Under the pieces are notes generated by a model. It searched no databases, was not told the origin of the DNA, and saw nothing but the letters and a program-made list of their open reading frames with translations. A stretch of DNA of 64,000 bases from Candidatus Wolfebacteria bacterium GW2011_GWA1_44_24. Lineage in GTDB: Bacteria > Patescibacteriota > Minisyncoccia > UBA6257 > UBA9933. The translations under genes and the position numbers were made by a program. This document shows positions 38,538 through 47,483 of this stretch, piece after piece. The DNA lies in assembly GCA_001001115.1 (NCBI GenBank), contig LCIO01000001.1, positions 300,710 to 364,709 of the forward strand. The letters are read 5' to 3'. Every line of letters starts with the position of its first letter. The stretch's first letter is position 1.

Positions 38538-38605
38538 AAATGGCTTCTTTGTCGGGGGATTTTATGTTATTATAATGATGCTCTTTCGAGCGTTTTCTTT
38601 TAATT

Positions 38606-40540
38606 ATGGCGCAAAAAGACATAAAAAAAACCGAAAATAACGTTTCTTACGAAGCCAAGGATATTTATGTTTTGGAAGGATTGGAGCCGGTCAGAAAGCG
38701 GCCGGGAATGTATATCGGTTCCACCGGCGTTGACGGCCTGCATCATTTGATTTGGGAAGTGATTGACAATTCGCTTGACGAAGCGATGGCCGGCTATGCT
38801 AAAAACATCAAAATTGAATTATTGAAAGGCAACAGGGTGGCGGTTACCGACGACGGCCGCGGCATTCCGGTTGATATCCATCCACAGACAAAAGTTTCTG
38901 CTTTGGAAACCGTGATGTGCACGCTTCATGCCGGCGGAAAATTCGGCGGCGAATCTTACAAAATTTCCGGCGGCTTGCACGGCGTGGGCGTTTCGGTCGT
39001 CAATGCTTTGTCAAAATGGATGAGGGTTGAAGTTTGCCGCGGCAATAATTTATATTCTCAAGAATATGAGCGGGGAAAACCGAAATATAAGGTTAAGAAA
39101 GAAGGAAAATGCGAAAGGAACGGAACCAAAGTGATTTTTGACGCTGACCAGGAAATTTTTTCCGAAATCGAGTTTGACTTGAAAAGAATCATTGACCATT
39201 TAAGGCAACAGGCGTTTTTAACCCCAAAAGCCAAAATTGAAATTATTGACGAACGGGAAAAATCGCCCTCTTATTACGGTTTTTATTTTGAAGGAGGCCT
39301 TTTGTCTTTTATCGATTATCTTAACCGTTTCCGCCAGCCGATTCAAAGAACGCCTTTTTACGTCCGCAAAGATTATGAAGACATCGAGGTGGAAACGGCT
39401 TTTATTTATAATCAAGAAATCGAAACCGATGAATTAAGTTTTGCCAACAACATATATACTCCGGACGGCGGCATGCATTTGACCGGTTTTCGTTCGGCTT
39501 TAACCCGTACTTTGAACGATTGGGCCCGGACCAACAATTATCTTAAAGCTTCGGATGAGAATTTGTCCGGCGAAGATGTGCGGGAAGGATTAACGGCGAT
39601 TATTTCGGTAAAATTGAGAGAGCCGCAGTTTGAGGGCCAAACCAAAGCTCGTTTGGGAACGCCGGCCGCCAGAACCGCCGTTGAAGCGGTGGTGGCCGAA
39701 TTTTTGAAAGAATTTCTGGAAAAAAATTCAACAGACGCCCGGGCAATAGTTGAAAAATGCTTTTTGGCGCAAAAAGCCAGAAAAGCCGCCAAGGCGGCAA
39801 AAGAAACGGTTTTGCGTAAAGGCGTATTGGAAGGGATGACTTTGCCGGGGAAATTGGCTGATTGTTCTTCCCGCAACCCCGAAGAATCGGAATTGTTTAT
39901 AGTGGAAGGCGACAGCGCCGGCGGCTCGGCCAAATCCGGCCGCGACCGCCGTATTCAAGCAATTCTTCCTTTGAAAGGTAAAATTTTGAACGTTGAAAAA
40001 GCCCGCATTGACAAAATGCTGGCCAATAATGAAATCAAATCGCTGGTCATCGCTTTGGGAACCGCCATCAGGGATAATTTTGACATTAATAAACTGCGCT
40101 ACCACAAGATTATTATTATGACCGACGCGGATACTGACGGCTCTCATATTCGAACTTTGCTTTTAACGCTTTTTTTTCGCCATTTTTTGCCGGTGATAGA
40201 AAACGGTCATCTTTATATCGCTCAGCCGCCTCTTTATAGAATTCAAAAAGGCAAAGAAATGGAATATGCTTACAGAGATAATGAAAAAGAAAAAATTATT
40301 AAATCTTTTGGCGGACCTCAAGGCGTGAACATTCAAAGATATAAAGGATTGGGAGAAATGAACCCCGAGCAATTGTGGGAAACGACTTTGAATCCTGGAG
40401 AACGAACATTGAAATTAGTGGCCGTTGAAAATGCTCAAAAGGCCAGCGAATTGTTCGATATTTTGATGGGCGAAGCGGTTGAGCCGCGAAAAGCGTTCAT
40501 CCAAAATCGGGCGGCATTTGTCAAAAACCTTGACATCTAA
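38606..40540 (+). CDS. gyrB: DNA gyrase subunit B
   Basis: VRKRPGMYIG, LHAGGKF, EGDSAGG, PLKGK, QRYKGLGEM. Confidence 0.95.
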   Translation: MAQKDIKKTENNVSYEAKDIYVLEGLEPVRKRPGMYIGSTGVDGLHHLIWEVIDNSLDEAMAGYAKNIKIELLKGNRVAVTDDGRGIPVDIHPQTKVSALETVMCTLHAGGKFGGESYKISGGLHGVGVSVVNALSKWMRVEVCRGNNLYSQEYERGKPKYKVKKEGKCERNGTKVIFDADQEIFSEIEFDLKRIIDHLRQQAFLTPKAKIEIIDEREKSPSYYGFYFEGGLLSFIDYLNRFRQPIQRTPFYVRKDYEDIEVETAFIYNQEIETDELSFANNIYTPDGGMHLTGFRSALTRTLNDWARTNNYLKASDENLSGEDVREGLTAIISVKLREPQFEGQTKARLGTPAARTAVEAVVAEFLKEFLEKNSTDARAIVEKCFLAQKARKAAKAAKETVLRKGVLEGMTLPGKLADCSSRNPEESELFIVEGDSAGGSAKSGRDRRIQAILPLKGKILNVEKARIDKMLANNEIKSLVIALGTAIRDNFDINKLRYHKIIIMTDADTDGSHIRTLLLTLFFRHFLPVIENGHLYIAQPPLYRIQKGKEMEYAYRDNEKEKIIKSFGGPQGVNIQRYKGLGEMNPEQLWETTLNPGERTLKLVAVENAQKASELFDILMGEAVEPRKAFIQNRAAFVKNLDI

Positions 40541-40586
40541 TCGGAAAATTCATAGAGTTTCCAGAGAGTCGTGAATCAATAAAAGC

Positions 40587-40772
40587 ATGTTTTCTAAATT
40601 TATTTCCTATATTCAGGAATCGCGTCAGGAACTCAAAAGAGTCAATTGGCCGTCAAGAAACGAGACCATCAACTTAACTTTGGTGGTTATTGGAATGTCC
40701 GTCGGCATAGCGGCCTTTTTGGGACTTTCCGATTTTTTGTTTAGATATTTATTCGGGAAATTTTTAATATAA
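40587..40772 (+). CDS. secE: Preprotein translocase SecE
   Basis: ELKRVNWPS + TM; precedes nusG. Confidence 0.93.
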   Translation: MFSKFISYIQESRQELKRVNWPSRNETINLTLVVIGMSVGIAAFLGLSDFLFRYLFGKFLI

Positions 40773-40775
40773 CAA

Positions 40776-41357
40776 ATGGCGCAGATTAAATCGGAAAATA
40801 AATCAAAATTGCCGGAGGACGCCAAGGCGGGCGGACGGCATTGGTACGCGGTGCACACTTATTCCGGCTATGAAGACGCGGTGGCGAGATACCTGAAACA
40901 GCGGGTGGATTCTTTGGAAATGCACGATAAAATTTTCAATATCATCGTTCCGAAAGAAAGGAAAATTAAAATCAAAAATGGTCGGCGAAAAGAAACGGAA
41001 GAGAAAATTTATCCCGGCTATGTTTTAGTTGATATGCTTATGAGCGAAGATTCCTGGTATGTTGTCCGGAATACTCCGCGGGTAACCGGTTTTGTCGGCG
41101 CCGACACCACCGAGCCGACTCCATTGTCAAAAGAAGAAGTGGACGCGATTATGACGAGAATGACCGGCGAAGAGCCGGAATTCAAAATGGAATATCAAGT
41201 CGGCGAAACGGTGAAAATCACAGACGGGCCGTTCAAAGATTACGAAGGGAAAATCAGCGCCATTGAAGAGGAATACGGCAAAATCAAAGTTATGGTACCG
41301 ATATTCGGGAGAGAGACGGCGGTGGAATTGGATTCGTTGCAAGTGCAAAAAATATAA
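40776..41357 (+). CDS. nusG: Transcription factor NusG
   Basis: [27 protein letters not shown]. Confidence 0.97.
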   Translation: MAQIKSENKSKLPEDAKAGGRHWYAVHTYSGYEDAVARYLKQRVDSLEMHDKIFNIIVPKERKIKIKNGRRKETEEKIYPGYVLVDMLMSEDSWYVVRNTPRVTGFVGADTTEPTPLSKEEVDAIMTRMTGEEPEFKMEYQVGETVKITDGPFKDYEGKISAIEEEYGKIKVMVPIFGRETAVELDSLQVQKI

Positions 41358-41374
41358 TAATAAACCAAGATTTT

Positions 41375-41800
41375 ATGGCTAAGCCAATTAAAACAATTTT
41401 AAAACTTCAAATTTCAGCCGGAGCGGCCAATCCGGCGCCGCCGATCGGTCCGGCCCTGGGTCAGCACGGCGTCAATATCGCCCAATTTTGCCAGCAGTTT
41501 AATGAAGCTACCAAAACAATGGCCGGAGACATAATTCCGGCGGAAATTACGATTTATGAAGACAGAACTTTTGAGTTTAAGCTTAAAACGCCACCGGCTT
41601 CAGATTTGTTGAAAAAAGCCGCGTTAGTTGCCAAAGGTTCTGGCAATCCGCTGAAAGATAAAATAGGCAAAGTGACGAAAGCTCAGGTTCGGGAAATCGC
41701 CGAGAAAAAAATGGCGGATTTGAACGCCAACGACATTGAAACGGCGATGAAAATTATAGAAGGCACGGCAAGAAGCATGGGGATTGAGATAGAGAAATAA
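41375..41800 (+). CDS. rplK: 50S ribosomal protein L11
   Basis: [20 protein letters not shown]. Confidence 0.98.
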   Translation: MAKPIKTILKLQISAGAANPAPPIGPALGQHGVNIAQFCQQFNEATKTMAGDIIPAEITIYEDRTFEFKLKTPPASDLLKKAALVAKGSGNPLKDKIGKVTKAQVREIAEKKMADLNANDIETAMKIIEGTARSMGIEIEK

Positions 41801-41834
41801 CGGAAACTTAAAAATTTAATAAGGAGGATAATGT

Positions 41835-42062
41835 ATGTTGGATCAACGATTGGATCAACGAGAAGATTTCTATTTATATACCGGGATTTTACCCGGGATG
41901 ATGGTTCCTCCAAAAGTAATTTATTTGAGACGGAAAGAAGTTTGTCCTCGGAAGAATTGTGAGTTTGGAAAAGATTGCAAGGGGCTTGAGCATGGCAGAG
42001 TTACTAAAATGGAGTGTAATTTATGGGAATTAATCAGGATGTATGGAGGAGGTGAAAAATGA
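41835..42062 (+). CDS. Small Cys-rich hypothetical protein
   Basis: SD AAGGAGG; C-x4-C-x5-C...C; 12-nt tandem duplication at the start (LDQRLDQR). Confidence 0.65.
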   Translation: MLDQRLDQREDFYLYTGILPGMMVPPKVIYLRRKEVCPRKNCEFGKDCKGLEHGRVTKMECNLWELIRMYGGGEK

Positions 42063-42226
42063 ATAAAAGATTGAAAGGATTACAAAAAAAAGACAAAGAC
42101 AAGTGGGTTATGTCTCCTGAATTGAAAAAAGCCGCAAAGTCTTTTCTTAAAAATAATAAAGATGTCTTAGACAAAGCGGTTCTGAACTTGAAAAATCGTC
42201 CTAATGTCGATGATTACAACGACTAA
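42059..42226 (+). CDS. Small basic hypothetical protein (55 aa)
   Basis: SD GGAGGTGA, ATGA overlap; MNKRLKGLQKK...DDYND. Confidence 0.6.
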   Translation: MNKRLKGLQKKDKDKWVMSPELKKAAKSFLKNNKDVLDKAVLNLKNRPNVDDYND

Positions 42227-42242
42227 ATGAGATGAATAATTT

Positions 42243-42268
42243 AAGGGTGGCGAAAGCCGCCCTTTTTT
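42243..42268 (+). terminator. Intrinsic terminator
   Basis: AAGGGTGGC-GAAA-GCCGCCCTT + T tract. Confidence 0.88.
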
Positions 42269-42282
42269 ATTAGAATTATGAT

Positions 42283-43719
42283 ATGTATCAACCCGTTATC
42301 GGTTTAGAAATTCACGTGGAATTAAAAACCAAAACAAAGATGTTTTGCGGCTGTTTAAACGACCCCGATGAAAAGCATCCGAATATCAATGTTTGCCCGA
42401 TTTGTCTGGCTCATCCCGGCACTTTGCCGACCATTAATAAAAAAGCCGTGGAAGCGGTTTTGAAATTGGGTTTGGCTTTAAATTCTCAAATTCCGGAAGT
42501 AAGTAAATTTGACCGTAAAAATTATTTTTATCCAGACTTGCCGAAAGGTTATCAAATTTCTCAGTATGACCAGCCGTTGGTTTTAGAGGGTGAATTAAAC
42601 AACATTAGATTGAGGAGAATACATTTGGAAGAAGACACGGCCAGTTTAATTCACGGCGAAAAGGGAGAAAGTTTGGTTGATTTTAATCGTGCCGGCATTC
42701 CTTTAATGGAATTGGTGACAGAGCCGGTGATAAAAAGCGGCGAGCAAGCGGTTGAATTTGCCAAAGAGCTTCAATTGATTTTACGGTATTTGGAAATTTC
42801 CGACGCGGATATGGAGCGCGGACAAATGCGGATAGAAGCGAATATTTCGGTCAGCAAAAATTCCGAGTTGGGGACAAAGGTGGAAGTAAAAAATCTCAAT
42901 TCTTTCCGTTCCGTCAAAGAGGCGATTGATTACGAAATCAAGCGGCAGGAACAAGCGCTGGAAAAAGGCGGGAAAATAAAACATGAAACGCGCGGCTGGG
43001 ATGAAAACGGCCGTAAAACCGAGCATCAGCGCGCCAAAGAAGAAGCCCACGACTATCGCTATTTTCCCGAACCGGATTTGCCGCCGATGGATTTTTCAAA
43101 ATCGGATTTTGTAGATTTTAAAGAATTGGAAATTTCCATTCCGGAATTGCCGGCGCAAAAGCGCGAAAGATTCATTAAAGAATTTTCCTTAAAATCGGAG
43201 CAGGCGGAAATTTTAATCGAGGATAAAAATCTAGCTCAATATTTCGAAGATTCGGTTTCAGAATTATTAACGGAAATTCCAGGCAACGACAAAAATAAAA
43301 ATATCCAGTTGCTTTTCAATTACCTTGCCAGCGATATCAAAGGAATGGCTAATGAGGCGGGAATAACGATGAAAGATTTGAAAATTACGCCGGAAAATTT
43401 CGCCGACCTGGTGACTTTGATAATTAAGGGCGAAATTTCCAGCCGTCTTGCCAAAGACATATTAAAAGAAATGAATTCCACCGGCCTTGACCCGCGGCAG
43501 ATTATCAAAGAAAAAGGATTAAGCCAGATTTCCGACGAGGAAGTCATTCAAAAAGCGATAAAAGAAGCGGTTGAAGAAAATCCGGTTGCCGCGGGGGATT
43601 ATAAAAAAGGCAAACAAAACGCTTTGCAGTTTTTAATCGGTCAGACGATGAAAAAACTCAAAGGCCAAGCCAATCCCGGCATATTGCGAAAGCTTTTTGA
43701 GGATTATCTATCCAGATGA
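42283..43719 (+). CDS. gatB: Asp/Glu-tRNA amidotransferase subunit B
   Basis: IGLEIHVEL, FDRKNYFYPDLPKGYQISQ, YRYFPEPDL. Confidence 0.98.
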   Translation: MYQPVIGLEIHVELKTKTKMFCGCLNDPDEKHPNINVCPICLAHPGTLPTINKKAVEAVLKLGLALNSQIPEVSKFDRKNYFYPDLPKGYQISQYDQPLVLEGELNNIRLRRIHLEEDTASLIHGEKGESLVDFNRAGIPLMELVTEPVIKSGEQAVEFAKELQLILRYLEISDADMERGQMRIEANISVSKNSELGTKVEVKNLNSFRSVKEAIDYEIKRQEQALEKGGKIKHETRGWDENGRKTEHQRAKEEAHDYRYFPEPDLPPMDFSKSDFVDFKELEISIPELPAQKRERFIKEFSLKSEQAEILIEDKNLAQYFEDSVSELLTEIPGNDKNKNIQLLFNYLASDIKGMANEAGITMKDLKITPENFADLVTLIIKGEISSRLAKDILKEMNSTGLDPRQIIKEKGLSQISDEEVIQKAIKEAVEENPVAAGDYKKGKQNALQFLIGQTMKKLKGQANPGILRKLFEDYLSR

Positions 43720-44578
43720 TTTTTTTGTCTTTTTTGAACCAGGTTATCTGGCGTTTGGCGTATCTCCAGGTGTTTTTTTTAATTAAAGCCGTTGTTTCAT
43801 CGAGCGAGACTTTCCCCTGAAGATAGTTAATGATTTCTCTGTAGCCAATGGCGTCAAAAGCCGGAATGTCGAAAGGATATTTTTTAATTAAATTTTTAAC
43901 TTCTTTTATTAAGCCGTTTTTGAGTATTTTATCCGCTCGCTTATTGATTTTTTCGCGCAGCTTTTCTTTTGGCAGAGAGATGCCGATTTTCAGACAATTA
44001 AACAATTTTTTGCCTGATTTTCTTTGTTGAGAAAACGGTTTTTCGGTTTTTAAGGTTATTTCCAGCGCCCGGACGATTCTTCTGGGATTTTTTGAATCAA
44101 TAATATAGGCCGCTTCGGGGTCAAGTTCAATCAGTTTTTGATAAAGATAATCAAGTCCTTTTGATTTTAATTCTTTTTCCAGTTTTTCCCGGAGTTGAAA
44201 ATCGGGTTTTACTTCGGGGATTTCAAGATTATCCGCGATAGTTTTGATGTAAAGGCCCGTGCCGCCGACCAAGACAGGAATTTTATTTTTGGCCAAAACC
44301 ATTTTAATCGCTTTCAGGCAGTCTTTTTTATATTGGGCAACGGTATAATTTTCATCGGGATTTTTGATGTCAATAAGGTGATGAGGGATTTTTCTTATTT
44401 CCGTTTTCGCCGGTTTGGCGGTGCCGATGTCCATACCGCGGTAAATTTGCCGCGAGTCCGCGGAAATTATCTCGCTGTTGAATTTTCCGGCTATTTTTAT
44501 CGCTAAATCGGATTTTCCCGAAGCAGTCGGCCCGACAATAACGATGATTTTTGGTTTTCTTGGGCGGGGGGTTGACAT
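43658..44578 (-). CDS. miaA: tRNA dimethylallyltransferase
   Basis: GPTASGKS, DSRQIY, VGGTGLY, YAKRQITWF. Confidence 0.97.
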   Translation of the reverse strand: MSTPRPRKPKIIVIVGPTASGKSDLAIKIAGKFNSEIISADSRQIYRGMDIGTAKPAKTEIRKIPHHLIDIKNPDENYTVAQYKKDCLKAIKMVLAKNKIPVLVGGTGLYIKTIADNLEIPEVKPDFQLREKLEKELKSKGLDYLYQKLIELDPEAAYIIDSKNPRRIVRALEITLKTEKPFSQQRKSGKKLFNCLKIGISLPKEKLREKINKRADKILKNGLIKEVKNLIKKYPFDIPAFDAIGYREIINYLQGKVSLDETTALIKKNTWRYAKRQITWFKKDKKIIWIDNPQKAFAICRDWLGL

Positions 44579-44600
44579 AATAATTTTAATATGCTATCTT
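44572..44600 (+). promoter_or_regulatory. Cassette promoter overlapping the miaA start codon
   Basis: TTGACA-17nt-TATCTT with extended -10 TG. Confidence 0.7.
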
Positions 44601-44635
44601 ATTTTTAGCACTAAATCAAATCAAAGGAGGAAAAT

Positions 44636-44926
44636 ATGGGGATAGAGATGGTTGTAATTGGAACAATCAGACGGGTTTTAACATTCGCATTGTTTGTCAA
44701 TCTGAATGGTAAAAAGCATAAAGAGGAGAAGAGGTTTCTCATAGTTGATAAGGACAGAGCCGTCATCGGCGCATACGAGCCCGGGCTCGGCACCATGTCC
44801 ATCGAACAGCTCGAGCTGGAGAAAAAGGGGGACTATGTGACCTCCTTGCCCCACAGCAAAATCGGTGCGTCTATGGATATCGGAAAGGATTACTATCTGG
44901 TTATGCGCCGCGCCGCCCAATCCTAA
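44636..44926 (+). CDS. Hypothetical protein, possible S1/OB-like N-terminus
   Basis: SD AAGGAGG; VVIGTIRRVLTFALFVNL. Confidence 0.7.
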   Translation: MGIEMVVIGTIRRVLTFALFVNLNGKKHKEEKRFLIVDKDRAVIGAYEPGLGTMSIEQLELEKKGDYVTSLPHSKIGASMDIGKDYYLVMRRAAQS

Positions 44927-44939
44927 AAGGAGGTGAAAG

Positions 44940-45029
44940 ATGGCAAATGTTGTCTCTTGCGGGACTCTTAAAATCAAAAGACGTCCGAGAAGGCAGAAAA
45001 AGCCTCATCCCCGCAAAAAAAAGAGTTGA
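44940..45029 (+). CDS. 29-aa highly basic peptide
   Basis: SD AAGGAGGTGA; MANVVSCGTLKIKRRPRRQKKPHPRKKKS. Confidence 0.55.
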   Translation: MANVVSCGTLKIKRRPRRQKKPHPRKKKS

Positions 45030-45075
45030 TAAAGTCCAATAAAATCTGATAAGGATATAAAGTAATTTGTAAGTT

Positions 45076-45109
45076 CGCCCAAGGGAGCATATCTCTTGGG
45101 CGTTTTTTT
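45076..45109 (+). terminator. Intrinsic terminator
   Basis: CGCCCAAGGGA/TCTCTTGGGCG + T7. Confidence 0.8.
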
Positions 45110-46856
45110 ATTTTTTATCTTTAATTTCTTTTTTAATCTGCTCCAGAAATTTTTCTAAATTCATAACATTTTGTTCTCTCTTTCTGGAACGGACAGCTAC
45201 GGTGTTTGTTTGAACTTCTTTTTCGCCAATGATCAGAATATAAGGAATTTTTTGAAGTTCGGATTCGCGGATGCGTTTGCCCAAAGTTTCGTTGCTTGGC
45301 GCAAGTTCGGCTGAAACGCCGTTATTTTTTAATTCCGTTAAAATTTTTTGAGCGTAATTGTCTTGTTTTTCGCTTATTGCAAGAATTTTCACTTGGATCG
45401 GCGCCAGCCAAAGCGGCAGATTGCCGCAGGTTTTCTCGATGAGAAAAGCAAAAAATCGGTCAAATGAACCGAAAATCGCGCGATGGATAATAATAGCCGG
45501 TTTTTCTTTCCCGTCTTTGCCGATGTAATTCAGATTGAATTTTGGCGCGGAATAATAATCAACCTGAATGGTGGCGATAGTGTCTTCTTTTCCCCAGATG
45601 TCTTTTATCTGGATGTCGATTTTCGGGCCGTAAAACGAGGCTTCGCCGACGGCTTCGATGAATTTATGTCCGGCATTTTTCAACGCTTTTTCCAAAACCA
45701 ACGCGCCTCTTTGCCACATTTTTTTATTTTTGACATCGCCGAATTTTTCTTTGTTTTTGAAATCCGGCAATGAAAGGCGATACCAATAATCATTGATATT
45801 GAAATCGTCAAAAACTCTTTTATGGAGCTTCAAGATAGAAACAATTTCATTTTCCAGATTTTCTTCATATGTGTAAACATGGGCGTCATTTTGAGTAAAT
45901 CCGCGCACCCGAATTAAGCCCGACAAGACGCCGGAGCGTTCATGGCGATAAACGGTGCCGAATTCCGCCAGCCGCAGGGGCAGTTCCCTATAACTTCTTT
46001 TGTGATGTTTGTAAATTGAGTGATGGTGCGGACAATTCATCGGCTTGAGATAATATTTTTCATTGTCAATCGCAATCGGCGCGTACATATCTTCTTTGTA
46101 ATGAGCCAAATGCCCGGATTTTTTATATAAATCTTCTTTGGCAATGTGCGAAGTCAGAATGTGCAAGTAGCCGTTTTGTTCTTCCAAATCATAAATGTAG
46201 TTTTCCAATTTTCGCCTTATGGAATATCCTTTTGGCAGCCACAAGGGAAGACCCTTGCCGATTTCTTCGTCAATCATAAAAAATTCCAAACGTTCGCCGA
46301 GATTCCGATGGTCGCAACGCTCGGCCTCCGAAAGTTTTTTTTCATACTCCGCCAATTCATTTCTGGTTTCAAAAGCCGCGCCGTAGATTCTGGTAAGCAT
46401 CGGATTTTTTTCGCTGCCGCGCCAGTAAGCGCCGGCGAGTTTTGTCAATTTGAAGGCATTGGGGTCGATTTCGGAAGTTGATTTAATGTGAGGTCCAACG
46501 CATAAATCCGAGAATTTAGCGGTTTTATAAACGGTTAATGGTTTTTTGCCGGTTTTTTGGAGTTCTTTAGCGAGTTCTAATTTATACGGTTGGTTTTTAA
46601 AAAGTTTTTTTACCGCAACAGTGGAAATAATTTCTTTTTTGAATTGCAGATTTTGCTTGATTAACTCGCGCATTCGATTTTCCAATTTCGGCAGATCTTC
46701 GGGCGATAAGGAAATATCGCCGAAATCATAATAAAAGCCGTTTTCAATAACCGGACCGATGCCGAGTTTGGCTTTGGGGAATTTTTCCAAAACCGCCATT
46801 GCCAGCAAGTGAGCAAGCGAATGGCGGATTTTTTCCAAATGTTTTTCGTTTCGCAT
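45108..46856 (-). CDS. thrS: Threonine--tRNA ligase
   Basis: RHSLAHLLA, KPMNCPHH, RVRGFTQNDAH, FYGPKID, IHRA. Confidence 0.98.
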   Translation of the reverse strand: MRNEKHLEKIRHSLAHLLAMAVLEKFPKAKLGIGPVIENGFYYDFGDISLSPEDLPKLENRMRELIKQNLQFKKEIISTVAVKKLFKNQPYKLELAKELQKTGKKPLTVYKTAKFSDLCVGPHIKSTSEIDPNAFKLTKLAGAYWRGSEKNPMLTRIYGAAFETRNELAEYEKKLSEAERCDHRNLGERLEFFMIDEEIGKGLPLWLPKGYSIRRKLENYIYDLEEQNGYLHILTSHIAKEDLYKKSGHLAHYKEDMYAPIAIDNEKYYLKPMNCPHHHSIYKHHKRSYRELPLRLAEFGTVYRHERSGVLSGLIRVRGFTQNDAHVYTYEENLENEIVSILKLHKRVFDDFNINDYWYRLSLPDFKNKEKFGDVKNKKMWQRGALVLEKALKNAGHKFIEAVGEASFYGPKIDIQIKDIWGKEDTIATIQVDYYSAPKFNLNYIGKDGKEKPAIIIHRAIFGSFDRFFAFLIEKTCGNLPLWLAPIQVKILAISEKQDNYAQKILTELKNNGVSAELAPSNETLGKRIRESELQKIPYILIIGEKEVQTNTVAVRSRKREQNVMNLEKFLEQIKKEIKDKK

Positions 46857-46904
46857 GTTTATTTTTAATAATAGCATAATTTTTGAAAATTGCGAATTGA
46901 GGGG

Positions 46905-46933
46905 TTGATTGTTTGGGATATTTATTGTATACT
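46905..46933 (+). promoter_or_regulatory. Cassette promoter
   Basis: TTGATT-17nt-TATACT. Confidence 0.6.
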
Positions 46934-47012
46934 AATTTCAGTAATTTTTGGATTAAAATTAAAATAAGAATGTTGGAGAGAATACAAAAACCTTAAATTA
47001 AAGGAGGTTGCC

Positions 47013-47432
47013 ATGGGAAGACATATTCGTTTTTTTGAGGATATTTCAGATTTAATGAGAGCAGGGGCAGAGGTTGAGGTAGGAGAAATTTTCCCCGAAG
47101 AGATTGAAGACGAAGAAAGAATTGGGGGCAAAAGAAATTTTATCTCCATCGAAGAAATCCCCGATGAGAATTCAGACCCCCTCGACATTTTGTTGAGGAT
47201 GGAAGAGGCGCGCTCATATTTTTTGATTCCAAATAAACAGATTCCAGAGAAACAGGCCCCGGAGAAATACAAGTTATTTTCCCGAGAAAACCTGAAGCCG
47301 TTTTTTCTTGAAAAAGATGAAAAGCCGGATTTCGCTCCGGAAGACATTTTTTCTTCGTCGGTGGGAGTAAGAGCCGAAAGGAAAGCCTTGAATCACAAAA
47401 AAAGACTCAAGGGGAAAGGGAGAAAAAGATAA
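47013..47432 (+). CDS. Hypothetical protein, acidic N-half and basic tail
   Basis: SD AAGGAGGT; own promoter and terminator. Confidence 0.7.
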   Translation: MGRHIRFFEDISDLMRAGAEVEVGEIFPEEIEDEERIGGKRNFISIEEIPDENSDPLDILLRMEEARSYFLIPNKQIPEKQAPEKYKLFSRENLKPFFLEKDEKPDFAPEDIFSSSVGVRAERKALNHKKRLKGKGRKR

Positions 47433-47454
47433 TTCGTAGTATAAAATTGTTGTA

Positions 47455-47483
47455 GTGGGGGCGATATATTCGTCCCCATTTTT
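47455..47483 (+). terminator. Intrinsic terminator
   Basis: GTGGGGGCGA/TCGTCCCCAT + T tract. Confidence 0.7.

Noticed and set aside
38560..38580. TTATGTTA resembling a dif XerD arm
   Set aside because: No matching XerC arm; the region reads better as the gyrB promoter (TATAAT).
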